Origin: Malacoraja senta
Taxonomy: Eukaryota
Length of the DNA stretch: 64,000 nucleotides
Assembly (NCBI GenBank): GCA_038087875.1
Contig: CM075992.1
Location: 7,504,001 to 7,568,000, forward strand
Direction: 5' to 3'
Made by a program: the position numbers and the translations under genes. This document shows, one piece after another, positions 61,102 to 64,000 of this stretch (positions are counted from its first letter, which is position 1; each line of letters starts with the position of its first letter). The notes under the pieces are model-generated. The model was given only the letters and a program-made list of their open reading frames with translations. It did no database searches and was not told the origin of the DNA.

Positions 61102-61231
61102 GAACCAGTGGAGGACATTCCTCCAAATCAGACACTGGACTTGCAATCAGATTCAAAGCTGCATGTAATATTCGGGGGAACCAAAGTCGTTCAACATACT
61201 CCACCCCAAAAATCTAGTGCGGGACTCAAAC
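61102..61231 (+). CDS. ATP13A1: ATP13A1 exon 8
   Basis: [43 protein letters not shown](P); 130 nt. Confidence 0.96.
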
Positions 61232-62021
61232 GTAAGTATAGAAAAATAAAATTTGTAACTGGCAAAAAAGTTTTTCTGATATTGTCATAATGTTAATATA
61301 TTTTCATTGCACTAACATGATGGGGAATTTATTTTAAGTCCTGTATGTTATCTTCCACGCATTTTATTATATTTGTACTTTACTCTATAATAGCATCATG
61401 CACAACCAAAGAGAGCGTGCAAGTGATGATTAAAATTCAGCACTTTGGCCTGTTTATCTCATTCAATAAACCAAATAAATGTTGAAATGCTCCTTATAAC
61501 TTTCCTAAGTTTTCTATTCTTATTCCAAATATCACTTTCTCTTCACTTTTGCATTCAGTTTAATCTAGTTTTCCAAAATTCTGACATACCCCTATTGATA
61601 TGTTATTTATGTCACAATATTTGCTTCAAATTCTATGCCTGTCGGGTGGCAATAGAGATCAGACTATTGTCCCTTACACAAAATGACTGCCGTGGATTTT
61701 TTCATCTTTTAATATGGAAATCTAATCTGCTCTTGCACGTTGATACAAATTTGTAAAATCTACAAATCTATATCCACATACAAGATATTTAGTGCTTGCA
61801 GAATTTATAAATCTGCCATAGCTGTAGGTAGCCAACATGATACAGTTTTAAAGTTTAGACAACCTAATGTACCTGAAGAGCCATAACATTGTGTGTGGCA
61901 TTTTGTCACACTTTTTGTTTCTCTTTGACTCTTTCAATATTTAAACTAGCTTATGCTCTCTTGGCAAATGGCATTTTATTTTTGGCTATATACTAATGTT
62001 GCTCTCGTTATAATTCTTCAG

Positions 62022-62077
62022 CTGTGGATAATGGGTGTGCTGCCTATGTACTGAGGACTGGCTTTAACACGTCTCAG
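62022..62077 (+). CDS. ATP13A1: ATP13A1 exon 9
   Basis: (P)VDNGCAAYVLRTGFNTSQ; 56 nt. Confidence 0.95.
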
Positions 62078-62749
62078 GTGAGTAGATTGAAATCTGTTTC
62101 AACACTATCAGTGTCGAGATAAGCTGTATGTTATTATTCAGGATCATGATAGGCAATTAATGAGGCAAACCTCCATTTCACTGATGTTGAAATGGTTAAC
62201 CCTGGATTAATGTGACCATGGGTGTCTCTACCCCTGAGAATTGTGATCAGGAGTCTTGGATTATTTCCAATCAAGACTCAAATACAAATCTGCCTGACAC
62301 ATGGCATATTTTTAAAGTAGGGATTAAATTCGGTGGAAGGACATTAGAGTTTGCTGGTATTTGAGAATACAAATCTTTTATGGTAAGGGGTGAGAGATTT
62401 AGAGGGATCTGGTGGGCCTATCTCCGCCCCCCCCCTCCCCCCCCCCCCCCGGCCCAAAGTGTGAGCACGTGGCGTGCGCTATTGGAGAGACTGGTGGAAG
62501 CTGTATGAATTATCAAGATAGTCACTTGAACTGTCTTACTGAAAGACTGTGGGGTGAGTGATGGAAGATGGAATTAAAACACATGGGATTGTGACAGACC
62601 AGAATGAGTCCACCACTCTCTGCAGCCCCTTGCATTCCTATACATTGCAATTGCCGTACTAGGTCATGATGTAAACAGTTCTGGAGTAAGAAAACGGTCC
62701 CTTGCCTTCCCACCCCAGTCCCAACCTGCACTTGGGAAATCTTGTTAGT

Positions 62750-63122
62750 GTATAAAACATATAAAAGAACTGGACAAGCTAGATGCAGGAAAAATGTTCC
62801 CAATGTTGGGCGAGTCCAGAACCAGGGTCCACAGTCTTAGACTAAAGGGGAGGCCATTTAAGACTGAGGTGAGAAAAAACTTTTTAACCCAGAGAGTTGT
62901 GAATTTGTGGAATTCCCTGCCACAGAGGGCAGTGGAGGCCAAATCACTGGATGGATTTAAGAGAGAGTTGGATAGAGCTCTAGGGGCTAGTGGAATCAAG
63001 GGACTTGGGGAGAAGGCAGGCACGGGTTATTGATTGGGGACGATCAGCCATGATCACAATGAATGGCGGTGCTGGCTCGAAGGGCCGAATGGCCTCCTGC
63101 ACCTGTTTTCTATGTTTTCTAT
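62750..63122 (+). mobile_element. CR1 LINE 3' end
   Basis: ESRTRVHSLRLKGRPFKTEVRKNFLTQRVVNLWNSLP and CR1 tail. Confidence 0.87.
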
Positions 63123-63349
63123 GTAAGACATTATGTAGATAGAAGTGCCAAAGCATGAATGGCATTGCATTTTTTGCCTTGTCCTGAATCTTTTTTATGT
63201 ATGTAGACTTTTCTAATTCTCTTTTTTTGCTTGTCCTTTTCTCTGTGTGGGATTGGTAGAATGCCAGTTTCTTTAATTGCATAATTATGTTATAATGGCC
63301 AAGAACAAAACAGAAAATAGGATGCAGTTATATTACCATTGCAAACTGA

Positions 63350-63568
<219 letters not shown>

Positions 63569-63727
63569 TAACACTCGTGCCTGGAGGAAGATAACCTGAT
63601 CAAGTTTCATGTTCAAGTTTCTATATTTGATATGGCTTGTCCTTCTTTTGGGTGGGACTAGGGAGCATAGCTTCCCTATTTGGGCTAAGGATTGATGAAA
63701 AAAGGGGAGAAGTTTCCTATCTCCCTC

Positions 63728-63950
63728 GTTTACAACCCAATGGTGTGAATATTGAATTCTCCAAATTTCTCCTCTAATAACCCCCCCTCACTTGGACTCA
63801 CACCTATTCTTCCCTTCCACCTTCATTCCTTCCTCTGGCTTCAAAATTAGCAAATCTTCAATCCTTTTGTCAAGCACCTTTTTTGATCTCCGGCCTCTGT
63901 CCAACTATCTGCTTATCAAAACCTCCCTCACCTGCCAATGTTTGTCCTGC
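63728..63950 (+). mobile_element. Penelope 3' remnant
   Basis: LQPNGVNIEFSKF GIY-YIG terminal peptide followed by a pyrimidine-rich UTR. Confidence 0.55.
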
Positions 63951-64000
63951 CCTTTATTTATTTTATTTTTTTATTTAAATTTTTATTAGAGTTATCTGCA

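Overview
This is eukaryotic genomic DNA from a vertebrate. The repeat landscape (HE1-type V-SINEs, CR1 LINE tails, Penelope remnants) suggests a cartilaginous fish, probably a skate or ray. There is a 200-N assembly gap at 9192-9391. Two genes sit head-to-head across a CpG-island promoter of about 580 bp. CHCHD5 is on the minus strand, with 4 coding exons, about 104 aa and a start codon split by intron 1. ATP13A1 (P5A-ATPase) is on the plus strand, with its first 10 coding exons in the window and an apparent 1-nt frameshift in exon 1. The first 62 bp probably hold the C-terminus of an unidentified plus-strand gene, followed by a 3' UTR to about 1570. The rest is mostly transposon debris: CR1, Rex1/Babar, L2, HERO, Penelope, V-SINE, an AFC-like SINE and a Harbinger MITE, plus a tandem duplication of about 3 kb in ATP13A1 intron 1. 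The most notable observation is a ~140-bp tRNA-less SINE-like retroposon in three full-length copies with 11-12 bp TSDs, whose 5' end folds by eye into a minimal CPEB3/HDV-like self-cleaving ribozyme. Second, about 20 Penelope-associated minimal hammerhead motifs occur, often in palindromic mini-elements. All calls come from manual reading; no database searches or folding programs were run, and repeat boundaries are approximate.
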